Positions 40,400-50,030 of a stretch of 64,000 nt of DNA are shown one piece after another. Every line of letters begins with the position of its first letter. The stretch's first letter is position 1. The position numbers and the translations under genes were made by a program. The notes beneath the pieces were generated by a model. The model saw only the letters and a list, made by a program, of their open reading frames with translations. It was not told the DNA's origin and did not search any database. The stretch covers positions 64,001 to 128,000 of the forward strand of contig JBCCQQ010000006.1 of assembly GCA_039024555.1 (NCBI GenBank), read 5' to 3'. The DNA comes from Cyanobacteria bacterium P01_D01_bin.156 (GTDB lineage: Bacteria; Cyanobacteriota; Cyanobacteriia; Phormidesmidales; Phormidesmidaceae).

Positions 40400-40616
40400 A
40401 TTTCTTTTTTGAGAGAACTAATCGTTAGAAGAACTTAGTCAAGATTAAGAACATAGATGAGCCCATATTGTGTGAGCACAAATTCTTAAGAGTTATGATC
40501 CTTAGCCATTAATACTTCAATACTCCAACAATGATGACTATCAAATTCTTCACGAGAACTTAGCTAAAGTTGGCTCCCAGTTCCTGTCATAATACTGTGA
40601 ATCTACTGATTGCCCA

Positions 40617-41627
40617 ATGAGCCATTCAGTCGTGGTGTCCTCTTCCCAAAAAGAGATAGTGCATCGGCCATGTGATTTCACCATCGCAATTTGCACCTAT
40701 AACGGTGCCCAGCGTATTCCGGCTGTGCTCGACCTTCTTCTACAGCAGGTGGGCACCCAGAGTATACGTTGGGAGGTGTTCGTAGTTGATAACAATAGCA
40801 GTGACATGACAGCAGAGGTCGTGCAGCAATATCAACAAAATTGGCCTGCGGAAACTCCATTAAGATACTTTTTTGAAAAGCGTCAGGGAGCTGCCTATGC
40901 ACGGCAGTTGGCCATAAAGTCAGCCCAAAGTGAATTGGTAGGCTTTTTGGATGACGATAATTTACCCCATCCAACCTGGGTAACCGCCGCCTACGAATTT
41001 AGTCAAAATCATCCCCATGTGGGTGCCTACGGTAGCCAGATACATGGCCAGTTTGATTGTGAACTGCCTGATGATTTTGAGCGGATTCGTTCCTTTTTTG
41101 CCCTTACACAACGTGGCGAGTCAGCCCATGTTTATCAACCTCGACGGCGAGTATTACCGCCATCAGCTGGGTTGGTGGTACGGCGTGATGCCTGGCTAAG
41201 CAATGTCCCCGAGCAGCTAATTCTGACCGGACGTCATGATGAACAAATGCTCACCGGAGAAGACCTGGAAGCCATTTCCCATATTCGTCGTGGTAATTGG
41301 GAAATCTGGCACAATCCAGCGATGAAAGTTCGCCATCAGATTCCATCCCATCGGCTACAGCGCAGCTATCTGCTATCTTTTTTCCGAGGTATTGGCCTTA
41401 GTCGCCACGTGACTCGTATGATCAATGTCCCTCTGTGGCAGCGACCGTTGGCATTTTGGGTCTATATGGCAAATGATTTACGTAAAACTTTGCTACATAT
41501 ATTGACCTATGGCTCCCTACTTAAGACTCACACCGTACTAGCTTGCGAACTTCAACTTTATTGCAGCAGCTTAGTTAGTCCTCTCTACATTTGGTGGTTA
41601 CTTTGGTTTAAACGTCGCTCGTTGTAG
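40617..41627 (+). CDS. hpsE: GT2 glycosyltransferase, HpsE-like
   Basis: DFTIAICTYNGA, VVDNNS, FLDDDN, LPPSAGLVVR, GIGLSRH; hps locus context. Confidence 0.8.
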   Translation: MSHSVVVSSSQKEIVHRPCDFTIAICTYNGAQRIPAVLDLLLQQVGTQSIRWEVFVVDNNSSDMTAEVVQQYQQNWPAETPLRYFFEKRQGAAYARQLAIKSAQSELVGFLDDDNLPHPTWVTAAYEFSQNHPHVGAYGSQIHGQFDCELPDDFERIRSFFALTQRGESAHVYQPRRRVLPPSAGLVVRRDAWLSNVPEQLILTGRHDEQMLTGEDLEAISHIRRGNWEIWHNPAMKVRHQIPSHRLQRSYLLSFFRGIGLSRHVTRMINVPLWQRPLAFWVYMANDLRKTLLHILTYGSLLKTHTVLACELQLYCSSLVSPLYIWWLLWFKRRSL

Positions 41628-41848
41628 CTTAGTCAGAACAATTCCACGTAGTGCTACAAATCAAATGATGGGACTCCTAGGAAAACAAGATAGTGACATG
41701 GCATCGGGGGTACATTACAAATAGTGGATGCTTCGTCTTCTGCCATGCTGAGGACAAAGTTCTACCAGGGCATAGACAATCTGAGTCTGCGCAACGTGTA
41801 TAACAACTCTACAGCACGAAATCTAAGGAGCAAGGGATTGGAGGCAAA

Positions 41849-42799
41849 ATGGCCCTGGATCTGTCAGTAGTAATTCCTACCTACAACGGCACAGAACGAA
41901 TACCAGCCGTGCTTGACCGCCTGAAGCAACAGAATACGCCAGCATCTATTTCATGGGAAGTATTGGTGGTTGACAACAACAGTGATGACCATATTGCCGA
42001 GTTAATTTCAGATTATCAACACAGTTGGCTCGAGCACGTACCGCTTCGATACATGCTCGAATCCCGTCAAGGGACTGCATATGCACGCCAATGCGGTGTA
42101 GAAAACACTTCTGGAAACTTCATTGGCTTTATTGATGATGATAATTGGCCTGTTGAAAGCTGGGTAGCTAAAGCAGTCGAATTTGGTCGTCACATGCCAA
42201 AAGCAGGGGCTTTTGGCAGTCGAGTTATTGGAGCATTCGAGCAAGAACCGGATGAAACCGTCAAGCCCCTATTAACTTTCTTAGCTGTTCGTGACATAGG
42301 TAAATCACCCAAACAGTTTTATCCAAGTAAGTTACAGTTACCGGCAGGAGCGGGCTTAGTTGTTCGTAGGGATGCTTGGATGGAATCCATTCCCAGCGTT
42401 CTTAAAAATATTTCTAGACCAGGTGAGGATTACGAAATTTCCGTTCGTCTGGCAAAGAAAGGTTGGGAAATTTGGTACAACCCTGAAATGCAGGTTGAGC
42501 ACTTTATCCCAGCAAATAGGTTAGAGCGGACATATCTGCTTAAGCTAGCCCATCTATATGGTGCATGTACATGTAACCTGTTGATGCTCCAAAATCCTGA
42601 ATGGAAAAAATCTTATGTACTAGGAAAAGCGTTTCTTGGTAGTCTACGCCGTATTTTGGCTCATCAAATACGTTACCCATGGTATGAACATCAAAACCTG
42701 GAAGCCGAATGTCAGTTAGCTTTTCATATGGGTAACTTAAAGAGCCCTATCTTATACCTATTAAATCGTTTTGACCGCCTTGCCAGAGAGTTCCCTTAA
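41849..42799 (+). CDS. GT2 glycosyltransferase (HpsE/F-like paralogue)
   Basis: VVIPTYNG, VVDNNS, FIDDDN, LPAGAGLVVR. Confidence 0.88.
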   Translation: MALDLSVVIPTYNGTERIPAVLDRLKQQNTPASISWEVLVVDNNSDDHIAELISDYQHSWLEHVPLRYMLESRQGTAYARQCGVENTSGNFIGFIDDDNWPVESWVAKAVEFGRHMPKAGAFGSRVIGAFEQEPDETVKPLLTFLAVRDIGKSPKQFYPSKLQLPAGAGLVVRRDAWMESIPSVLKNISRPGEDYEISVRLAKKGWEIWYNPEMQVEHFIPANRLERTYLLKLAHLYGACTCNLLMLQNPEWKKSYVLGKAFLGSLRRILAHQIRYPWYEHQNLEAECQLAFHMGNLKSPILYLLNRFDRLAREFP

Positions 42800-42839
42800 G
42801 ACTTTTTGCTTGAATTGAATGAATTGAAGGTACTGAATT

Positions 42840-43850
42840 ATGGTTCAAATATCGGTTGTTGTCCCAGCTTACAATGCCGAATCAACTATCAAGGAAACCA
42901 TTCAGTCAGTTTTGGTGCAAACCTTTACTGACTTTGAGCTGATTATCATCAATGATGGTTCTACAGACAGGACACAGTCAATTGTTGAATCATTTTCAGA
43001 TACTAGAATTCGCAGCTTCACTTTCTCTAATGCTGGCCCCCAAAAAAGCCGAAATCGAGGTATCGAGAGATCAATTGGCGAATATATTAGCTTTCTAGAT
43101 GCAGACGACCTTTGGACCCCAGATAAGCTGGAAAGTCAACTTACAGCGCTAAATGATATGCCTGAAGCTGGAGTTGCTTACAGTTGGACAGATGTTATCG
43201 ATGAAGAAGGGAAATTTGTTCGCAGAGGCGGCCACCTTTCCTACCAAGGAAACATTCTTTTAGAATTGGCGTTAGTGAACTTCCTTGAAAGTGGTTCAAA
43301 TCCACTAATTAAAACTTCTATCATTAGAGCAATTGACGGATTTGATGAAGATATTTTAGCTGGTCAAGATTGGGATACTTGGTTGCGCTTAGCAGCTACT
43401 TGTAAATTCACTGTTGTCAGGAAATCTCAAGTCCTTTACCGAAAGACCTTTAAGAAAGCTTCCTGGTCATCCAAAATCAAACGTCAATTAGCAGGATGCC
43501 AGCACGTTATGCACAAGCTCATCTCTCAATCCTATAAACAGTTAGATGGGTACAAAAATCACATTTTTGCCAACTGTTACAGATATCTTTTGGCAGAATC
43601 TTTGCAACGCCAGCCTTCGCGAAAACAAACTTTGTTAGCGGGTCGTATTTTGGGAATGATTGTTTTTAACGATCCACTTTTTGTGACGAAGAAAGTCTTT
43701 CTAAAGGTACTAGCTAGAATGCTGGTTTTGATGGCGTTTGGCCAAAACACTCCACTGTATGTTTCGAGATTATTGAACAATCTCTTAGATGTAACCAGCA
43801 TTTACGGATACCAAAAAATTCTTACGGATCACAGCTCTGACGCTGCATAG
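42840..43850 (+). CDS. GT2 glycosyltransferase
   Basis: VVVPAYN, INDGSTD, FLDADDLW. Confidence 0.92.
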   Translation: MVQISVVVPAYNAESTIKETIQSVLVQTFTDFELIIINDGSTDRTQSIVESFSDTRIRSFTFSNAGPQKSRNRGIERSIGEYISFLDADDLWTPDKLESQLTALNDMPEAGVAYSWTDVIDEEGKFVRRGGHLSYQGNILLELALVNFLESGSNPLIKTSIIRAIDGFDEDILAGQDWDTWLRLAATCKFTVVRKSQVLYRKTFKKASWSSKIKRQLAGCQHVMHKLISQSYKQLDGYKNHIFANCYRYLLAESLQRQPSRKQTLLAGRILGMIVFNDPLFVTKKVFLKVLARMLVLMAFGQNTPLYVSRLLNNLLDVTSIYGYQKILTDHSSDAA

Positions 43851-43868
43851 TGTAACTTCCTTACTAAA

Positions 43869-44810
43869 ATGACACTGATTTCTGTAATAGTTCCGGTTTA
43901 CAACGGCGAAAATACGATTGCTCAGACAATCGAGTCGGTCCTTTCCCAAAAGCATTCGCAGCTTGAACTCATCGTTATTAATGACGGTTCAACGGATAAA
44001 ACTGTATCGATTGTTGATTCATTTACAGATGTGCGTATTCGTCTTATCTCTCACCCTAACCAAGGTACGTCGGCAAGTCGAAACCGCGGCATCCGTGAAG
44101 CTATTGGACAGTATCTCGCCTTTCTCGATGCCGATGACTTATGGACATCTGACAAGCTAGCAGATCAGCTTAAAGCATTAGAAAACTGTCCAGAAGCTGG
44201 TCTTGCCTATAGCTGGACTGACCAAATCGACACCGACGGAAAGTTTTTGAGGCCCGGCCTACATATGTCTGTTGACAACAATCCACTAAATAGCCTGTTC
44301 CTCAGAAATTTTATAGAAAGTGGTTCAAATGCACTTATTCGAAGCTCTGTATTTAAGACCGTCGGCAATTTTAACGAAAAAGTGAAATATGTAGAAGATT
44401 GGGAAATGTGGTTGAGAATCGCAGCTAAGTATGACTTCGTGTGTGTTCCAAAGCCTCAGGTTTTCTACCGAATTTACCCTGGTTCAATGTCATGCAACGT
44501 CGCTCAGGCAGAAAAACATTTGATGCACGTCATGGAACAAGCGCTGGCGCTACACCCAGACATAGGACCAGTTGTGCGAAAAAAGGCTTACGCCGATAGG
44601 TATCGCTACCTTGCTTTAAAGGCAGTTAATAATGGCCCCATACTTCAGAATAAACGGCTTGCACTTCGCTGTTTCATCAATTCATTGCGCTACGAACCTG
44701 TCTGGTGGCTGAGCCGAGGGCAAAATACGATGATTTTTCTACTAAGGCTACTGTTTAACCCTTTCTTAAATCAGCTCATCGCGACGCAAAAAGCTATTAG
44801 TGTCAGATGA
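43869..44810 (+). CDS. GT2 glycosyltransferase (tandem paralogue of the preceding gene)
   Basis: VIVPVYN, INDGSTD, FLDADDLW, EDWEMWLR. Confidence 0.92.
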   Translation: MTLISVIVPVYNGENTIAQTIESVLSQKHSQLELIVINDGSTDKTVSIVDSFTDVRIRLISHPNQGTSASRNRGIREAIGQYLAFLDADDLWTSDKLADQLKALENCPEAGLAYSWTDQIDTDGKFLRPGLHMSVDNNPLNSLFLRNFIESGSNALIRSSVFKTVGNFNEKVKYVEDWEMWLRIAAKYDFVCVPKPQVFYRIYPGSMSCNVAQAEKHLMHVMEQALALHPDIGPVVRKKAYADRYRYLALKAVNNGPILQNKRLALRCFINSLRYEPVWWLSRGQNTMIFLLRLLFNPFLNQLIATQKAISVR

Positions 44811-44854
44811 TTTAAGCATCTTCTTAAACATGACTATGTAATCTACTTTTTCAA

Positions 44855-45808
44855 ATGAAACTTCCTAACTTTTTTGTCGTTGGTGCAGCCAAAGCAGGTA
44901 CAACAGCATTATGTGAGTATATATCGCAGCACCCCCAGATTTATATTAGTCCTATTAAAGAGCCTAACTTTTTTGCGACGGAGAATGGCGATTTAGAATG
45001 CAGTTTTACAGGGCATGGTGTTGCGAGTAACCAACTTTGGATTCAGACAAACCAAATAGTCACCAGCTGGCCTGAATATGAAAAGCTTTTTCAAAAAGTT
45101 TCAGGGGAGAAGGCTATTGGCGAAGGGTCAACTATCTATTTATATAGTAAACACACTGCTCGGCGAATATTCGACTATTCTCAGCAGGCAAAAATTATCA
45201 TAGTCCTTAGGAATCCTGTCGAGAGGGCGTACTCCCATTATTTATTCCGCATTCGCCACAATCAAGAACCTGTCAATGTGTTTTCCGACGCTCTAGACCT
45301 AGAAAACCAGCGGATAGAAGATAACTGGGGTCCCCCATGGCACTATCAGCGACGTAGCTTTTATTATGAGCAGGTAAAGCGCTACTTAGATATCTTTGGC
45401 CTGACCCAGGTTCGAATATATCTTTTTGAAGATTTCAAGCATGATACCCATACCCTTTTAGAGGATATTTATCGTTTTTTGCGGGTTGCCCCCAACTTCA
45501 AAGCCGATACACAGATTCAATACAACCCTTCGGGAATTCCTAAAAATGCAAAACTACAGACCTTTTTAGAGGGACTCAATGATGCTCAACATCCGCTACG
45601 CGTTGGTTTTCGTTCACTGATACCAGAGGGAATCCGTAAACGGACCAAAGTCTCCCGTGAGCGGGCCAAGGTAAAGTTAATGAAAAACAACTTAGCACAG
45701 CCTCCCCTTTCACCAGAGGTTAGGGCTCAGCTAATTAATGTTTTTCGCGAAGATATTTTGAAACTGCAAGATATGATTCAAAGAGACCTGTCAGCCTGGC
45801 TGGTGTAG
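44855..45808 (+). CDS. Sulfotransferase (Sulfotransfer_1/3-like)
   Basis: PAPS-binding motifs GAAKAGTT and LRNPVERAYS; KEPNFF. Confidence 0.9.
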   Translation: MKLPNFFVVGAAKAGTTALCEYISQHPQIYISPIKEPNFFATENGDLECSFTGHGVASNQLWIQTNQIVTSWPEYEKLFQKVSGEKAIGEGSTIYLYSKHTARRIFDYSQQAKIIIVLRNPVERAYSHYLFRIRHNQEPVNVFSDALDLENQRIEDNWGPPWHYQRRSFYYEQVKRYLDIFGLTQVRIYLFEDFKHDTHTLLEDIYRFLRVAPNFKADTQIQYNPSGIPKNAKLQTFLEGLNDAQHPLRVGFRSLIPEGIRKRTKVSRERAKVKLMKNNLAQPPLSPEVRAQLINVFREDILKLQDMIQRDLSAWLV

Positions 45809-45927
45809 AGATAATATGCGTAGAGAGAATATAGTTAACGATTTCTAGGATGCTGGTGTGATATTTTCTCTAAGAGGGTGGCTTGCTAAGTTGCTGAAGT
45901 CAACTTCCAGGGGCAATAGCGATATCG

Positions 45928-45943
45928 GTTGGGTAATCCGAAC
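45928..45943 (+). promoter_or_regulatory. Putative K-box (Rre1-type heat-shock element) upstream of htpG
   Basis: GTTGGG-TAAT-CCGAAC against the consensus GTTCGG-NNAN-CCNNAC (one mismatch). Confidence 0.6.
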
Positions 45944-46042
45944 CTTCAGGATGGCAATCCGCTCTTGTTCTTAACAGGATCTTGATAGAAAACAGTATAA
46001 GAATTCACTTACGGTCGCTTATACTCCCCCCAATCGAGTCCT

Positions 46043-48025
46043 ATGGCAACGATTCTTGAGCAAGGTAACATCAGTATTCATACTGAGAATATTTTTCCGA
46101 TTATCAAAAAATGGCTTTATTCTGACCATGAAATTTTTCTGCGGGAGCTGATTTCCAATGGTGTTGACGCCATCAGCAAGCTCAACATGGTGTCCCGCAG
46201 CTCCGACTTCACGGGCGAAGTGGGCGAGCCGGAAATTTCCATCGCCATCGATAAAGACGCCAAAACCATCAGCATCACCGACAACGGCATAGGCATGACC
46301 GCCGATGAGGTGAAAAAATACATTAACCAGGTGGCCTTTTCCAGTGCAGAAGAATTCGTTACCAAATTCAAAGACAGCACTGATGAAAATATCATTGGTC
46401 ACTTTGGTCTAGGTTTCTACTCCTCCTTTATGGTGTCCGACCAGGTAGAAATCGATACCCTGTCCTATCAGGAAGGTGCAACCCCCGTTCACTGGAGCTG
46501 CGATGGCACCACCACCTTTGAGCTCAGCGACTCTGAACGCACGGAGCGAGGTACCACCATCACCCTGCACCTGATGGAGGACGAGACTGAATATCTAGAA
46601 ACCTCCCGTATTCAGCAGCTGATCAAAACCTACTGCGACTTCATGCCGGTGCCCATCAAGTTGGATGGGGAAGATGCCAATAAGAAGAACGCTCCTTGGA
46701 AGCAGTCCCCCAGTAGCCTCACCGACGAGGATTACCTAGAACTGTACCGCTACCTATATCCATTCCAGGAAGATCCCCTACTGTGGGTTCACCTCAACAC
46801 CGACTATCCCTTTGTAGTTAACGGCATTCTCTACTTTCCCAAGCTCAAGCCCGATGTAGATGTCACAAAGGGCCAGATCAAGCTGTTCTGTAATCAGGTC
46901 TTTGTTAGTGACAACTGTGAGGAAATAATTCCTCAGTTTCTGTTACCTTTGCGCGGTGTTGTCGATAGTAGTGACATCCCCCTCAATGTATCCCGTAGTT
47001 TTTTACAAAACGATCGAACCGTTCGTCGCATCGCCGACTATATTGCTAAGAAAGTGGGAGATCGACTTAAGGAGCTATATCGTACTGATAAAGCTAAGTA
47101 CATTGAGTGCTGGCAGGATCTAGGAACCTTTGTGAAGTTTGGTTCTCTTAATAACGATAAGTTTAAGCAGCAAATTGCTGACTTTATTATTTTCCGTACT
47201 ACAGCTGAAACGGAAAAGAGTAATGAGCCCAAAATTGAAGTACAAGCTGCAGAGGATGACGCCTGGCAGTCTACCGATGGAGAAAGCGATTTAGCCGTAG
47301 ATGCAAAAGGGAATCTTTACACCACACTGAAGGAGTATTTGGAGCGCAATAAAGAGAAGCACGAAAACCGTGTTTTTTATGCAACAGATGAAGTTTCTCA
47401 AGCCACTTACATCGATTTGCATAAACGTCAAGGGCTGGAAGTGCTCTATCTCGATTCCTTTATTGACACACACTTTGTCCCATTCCTAGAGCGGGAGTAT
47501 TCGGATGTTAAGTTTTCCCGAGTTGACTCTGATCTGGACAATACTCTGATTGATGAGTCCGCCAGTGGCGATATCGTGGATCCTACGACTAACCAAACAA
47601 AAGCTGAACGTGTCAAAGAGTTATTTGAAAAGGCTTTGGATCAACCTAAAGTGACTATTCGTACCGATGCCCTAAAATCTGATGATGTTCAATCTGCACC
47701 GCCAGCTATTGTTCTGCTCCCGGAAGAAATGCGCCGTATGCAGGAAATGATGGCCATGATGCAGCAGCAGACGGCACAGTTTCCCGAGGAACATACGCTG
47801 TTAGTGAATACCGCGCATCCGCTGATTCAGAACCTGTTGGATATGAGTCAAGGAACCATTGTTCAAGCCGACGGTAGTGAATCTCCTACTTCGACTATGG
47901 CTACTATGATCTGTCAGCATGTTTATGATTTAGCTCTGATGGCTCAAAAGGGATTTGATGCTGATGGTATGAAATCCTTTGTGGAACGCTCCAACAGCCT
48001 CTTAACTGGATTAACTAAGGCTTGA
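46043..48025 (+). CDS. htpG: Hsp90 chaperone HtpG
   Basis: IFLRELISN, DNGIGMT, IGHFGLGFYS, PLNVSRS. Confidence 0.97.
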   Translation: MATILEQGNISIHTENIFPIIKKWLYSDHEIFLRELISNGVDAISKLNMVSRSSDFTGEVGEPEISIAIDKDAKTISITDNGIGMTADEVKKYINQVAFSSAEEFVTKFKDSTDENIIGHFGLGFYSSFMVSDQVEIDTLSYQEGATPVHWSCDGTTTFELSDSERTERGTTITLHLMEDETEYLETSRIQQLIKTYCDFMPVPIKLDGEDANKKNAPWKQSPSSLTDEDYLELYRYLYPFQEDPLLWVHLNTDYPFVVNGILYFPKLKPDVDVTKGQIKLFCNQVFVSDNCEEIIPQFLLPLRGVVDSSDIPLNVSRSFLQNDRTVRRIADYIAKKVGDRLKELYRTDKAKYIECWQDLGTFVKFGSLNNDKFKQQIADFIIFRTTAETEKSNEPKIEVQAAEDDAWQSTDGESDLAVDAKGNLYTTLKEYLERNKEKHENRVFYATDEVSQATYIDLHKRQGLEVLYLDSFIDTHFVPFLEREYSDVKFSRVDSDLDNTLIDESASGDIVDPTTNQTKAERVKELFEKALDQPKVTIRTDALKSDDVQSAPPAIVLLPEEMRRMQEMMAMMQQQTAQFPEEHTLLVNTAHPLIQNLLDMSQGTIVQADGSESPTSTMATMICQHVYDLALMAQKGFDADGMKSFVERSNSLLTGLTKA

Positions 48026-48080
48026 TGGTTCCTATCATCCGAATAAAAATGACTTAGAGTCATCAATATCGTTCTCTCAG

Positions 48081-48138
48081 TTTTATTCTGCTATTCATGA
48101 GTAAGATTTATGGTCTGCTCCTGACTAGCAGAATAAAA
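48081..48138. terminator. Hairpin after htpG
   Basis: TTTTATTCTGCTA...TAGCAGAATAAAA. Confidence 0.5.
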
Positions 48139-48196
48139 TTTAAGGGCACACTCTACCAGGGTGGAATTTCAATCTGTAAACCAGGTCTTAGAGAGC

Positions 48197-48910
48197 ATGA
48201 TCATTTCTCATAAGCATAAGTTCATTTTTATCAAAACCACAAAGACTGCAGGTACTAGCGTTGAGATTGCCCTGTCTAGATTTTGTGGCGAAGATGATGT
48301 AGTCACGCCTCTTATGCAAAAAGATGAGGTAATGAGGAAGGAGTACGGTGGCCATGGACCACAAAACTTTGAGCGTGCTTGTAAATTAACAGAGTACTCT
48401 AAAGGAGATTGGTGGCGTTTATTATCCCAAGGCAAGCGGTCAAAAGTTTCCTTATTTTGGAATCACATCACAGCAAATCAAATCAAATCAAGAATTTCCC
48501 CTGATCAGTGGGATAGCTATTATAAATTCTGTTTTGTACGGAATCCTTGGGATAGAGCGGTCTCAAGATATTTTTGGAATATTGAGAGAGATGGCATTCA
48601 TGAAAACTTAGATGAATCTCTCAAAAACAACAACCCTAACTCTAACTTTGGGATCTACTCAATTAATGGTCAAGTAGTTGTGGATTTTGTTGGTAAGTAC
48701 GAGAACCTTATGGCAGATTTCATGACGATTTGTCAGACATTAAAGATTCCCTTTGATGGAGAACTACCAAGAGCTAAGAGTACATCGAGAAAAACCAAAA
48801 AACATTATTCGGAAATCTTAAGCTCCGCTCAGGCAGAGTATATCCGTCAAAAGTGCTCTCAAGAGGTTGAACTCTTCGGTTACCAGTACGCAAAAGCTAG
48901 TCACGTTTAA
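48197..48910 (+). CDS. Sulfotransferase family 2 protein
   Basis: FIFIKTTKTAGTS, FCFVRNPWDRAVS, DFVGKYENL. ATG at 48197. Confidence 0.88.
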   Translation: MIISHKHKFIFIKTTKTAGTSVEIALSRFCGEDDVVTPLMQKDEVMRKEYGGHGPQNFERACKLTEYSKGDWWRLLSQGKRSKVSLFWNHITANQIKSRISPDQWDSYYKFCFVRNPWDRAVSRYFWNIERDGIHENLDESLKNNNPNSNFGIYSINGQVVVDFVGKYENLMADFMTICQTLKIPFDGELPRAKSTSRKTKKHYSEILSSAQAEYIRQKCSQEVELFGYQYAKASHV

Positions 48911-49114
48911 AGTGAGTTTTTATAGCTTGAGAATCAACGCTTTAAAGGCGCTGTACAGTCTATTGCTACGTTGCGCTGTATTCCAATCATTAGTACACTA
49001 GTAGACTACTCAACTAATTTGCCAGTCCGAAGAGTGCTATCTATGGGTGAGGCAAAATCAAAATGAGTTTAGATAGTAGTTTGGGTTGCTTCATTTCTTT
49101 AGGAGTTGGTTTTT

Positions 49115-49351
49115 ATGAGTCGTAAATGTGATTTGACTGGCAAAAAAGCAAACAATGCATTTGCAGTGTCTCACTCTCATCGGCGTACTAAGCGTCTTCA
49201 GGGTGCAAACTTGCAGGACAAGAGGGTTTGGTGGCCGAGTGGTAAGCGTTGGGTGAAGCTGCGTCTCTCTACAAAAGCTATTAAGACCCTCGAGAAAAAA
49301 GGAATCGAGGCTATGGCAAGAGATGCAGGCATCGATCTAAGTAAGTTTTAA
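49115..49351 (+). CDS. rpmB: 50S ribosomal protein L28
   Basis: [39 protein letters not shown] upstream. Confidence 0.97.
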   Translation: MSRKCDLTGKKANNAFAVSHSHRRTKRLQGANLQDKRVWWPSGKRWVKLRLSTKAIKTLEKKGIEAMARDAGIDLSKF

Positions 49352-49458
49352 AGTATTTCTCAGGCCTTTTTCTACAAGCAAGTTTTGTGGCTGTTGGTCA
49401 ATATTGTTAGCCTGCGCTTGGCTTTAGCCATTTAAAAACGATTCTAAATAGTTATGCT

Positions 49459-49495
49459 GCGGTCGTTCAAATTTGGTTGAGCGACCGCGTATTTT
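49459..49495 (+). terminator. Probable terminator after rpmB
   Basis: GCGGTCGTTCAA...TTGAGCGACCGC followed by GTATTTT. Confidence 0.6.
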
Positions 49496-50030
49496 ATGGG
49501 CATGATTGCTTAATCCGTAACCTTATAAATGCACTAACTAAGCCTTGGAATTTAGCTATGCTGAGGGCATGTACGCAAGAACGTCTTTAGCAGGTGGGTG
49601 GATGTACTGATTTTTGACGATTTCATAAAAGTTTTGCTACAACAGTTTAGGGACAATCAAATCCATAAAAATCAGGAACGTTCATAATAAATTTATGATT
49701 TCTTAAACGCTTGTCACCGATTCTGTTTTTGAAGCCTAAAGCTTTTAACGCTGGGAAAGTTTCTCAGATATTCAAGCGGCTTTTGTATATGCATTAACCT
49801 AGTATTCCGAGTTAATTTTTATCTTTTGGATAGAGGTTATGTCCGGAGCATTATCTGAAATTAAAATTATTGGAAGTATTTATCGCTGAATGGGGTAACC
49901 TCTAGCTTGCATGTTAACGGTTTGTCTCAGGTTGATACTCCTGTAATTTGTGTCCCTGTTGATGAAAGTCGCGATCTCAAATTGCGAGTAGTATTTGAGT
50001 ACCTGATCATCCTCTGTTTTTGATTGACTT

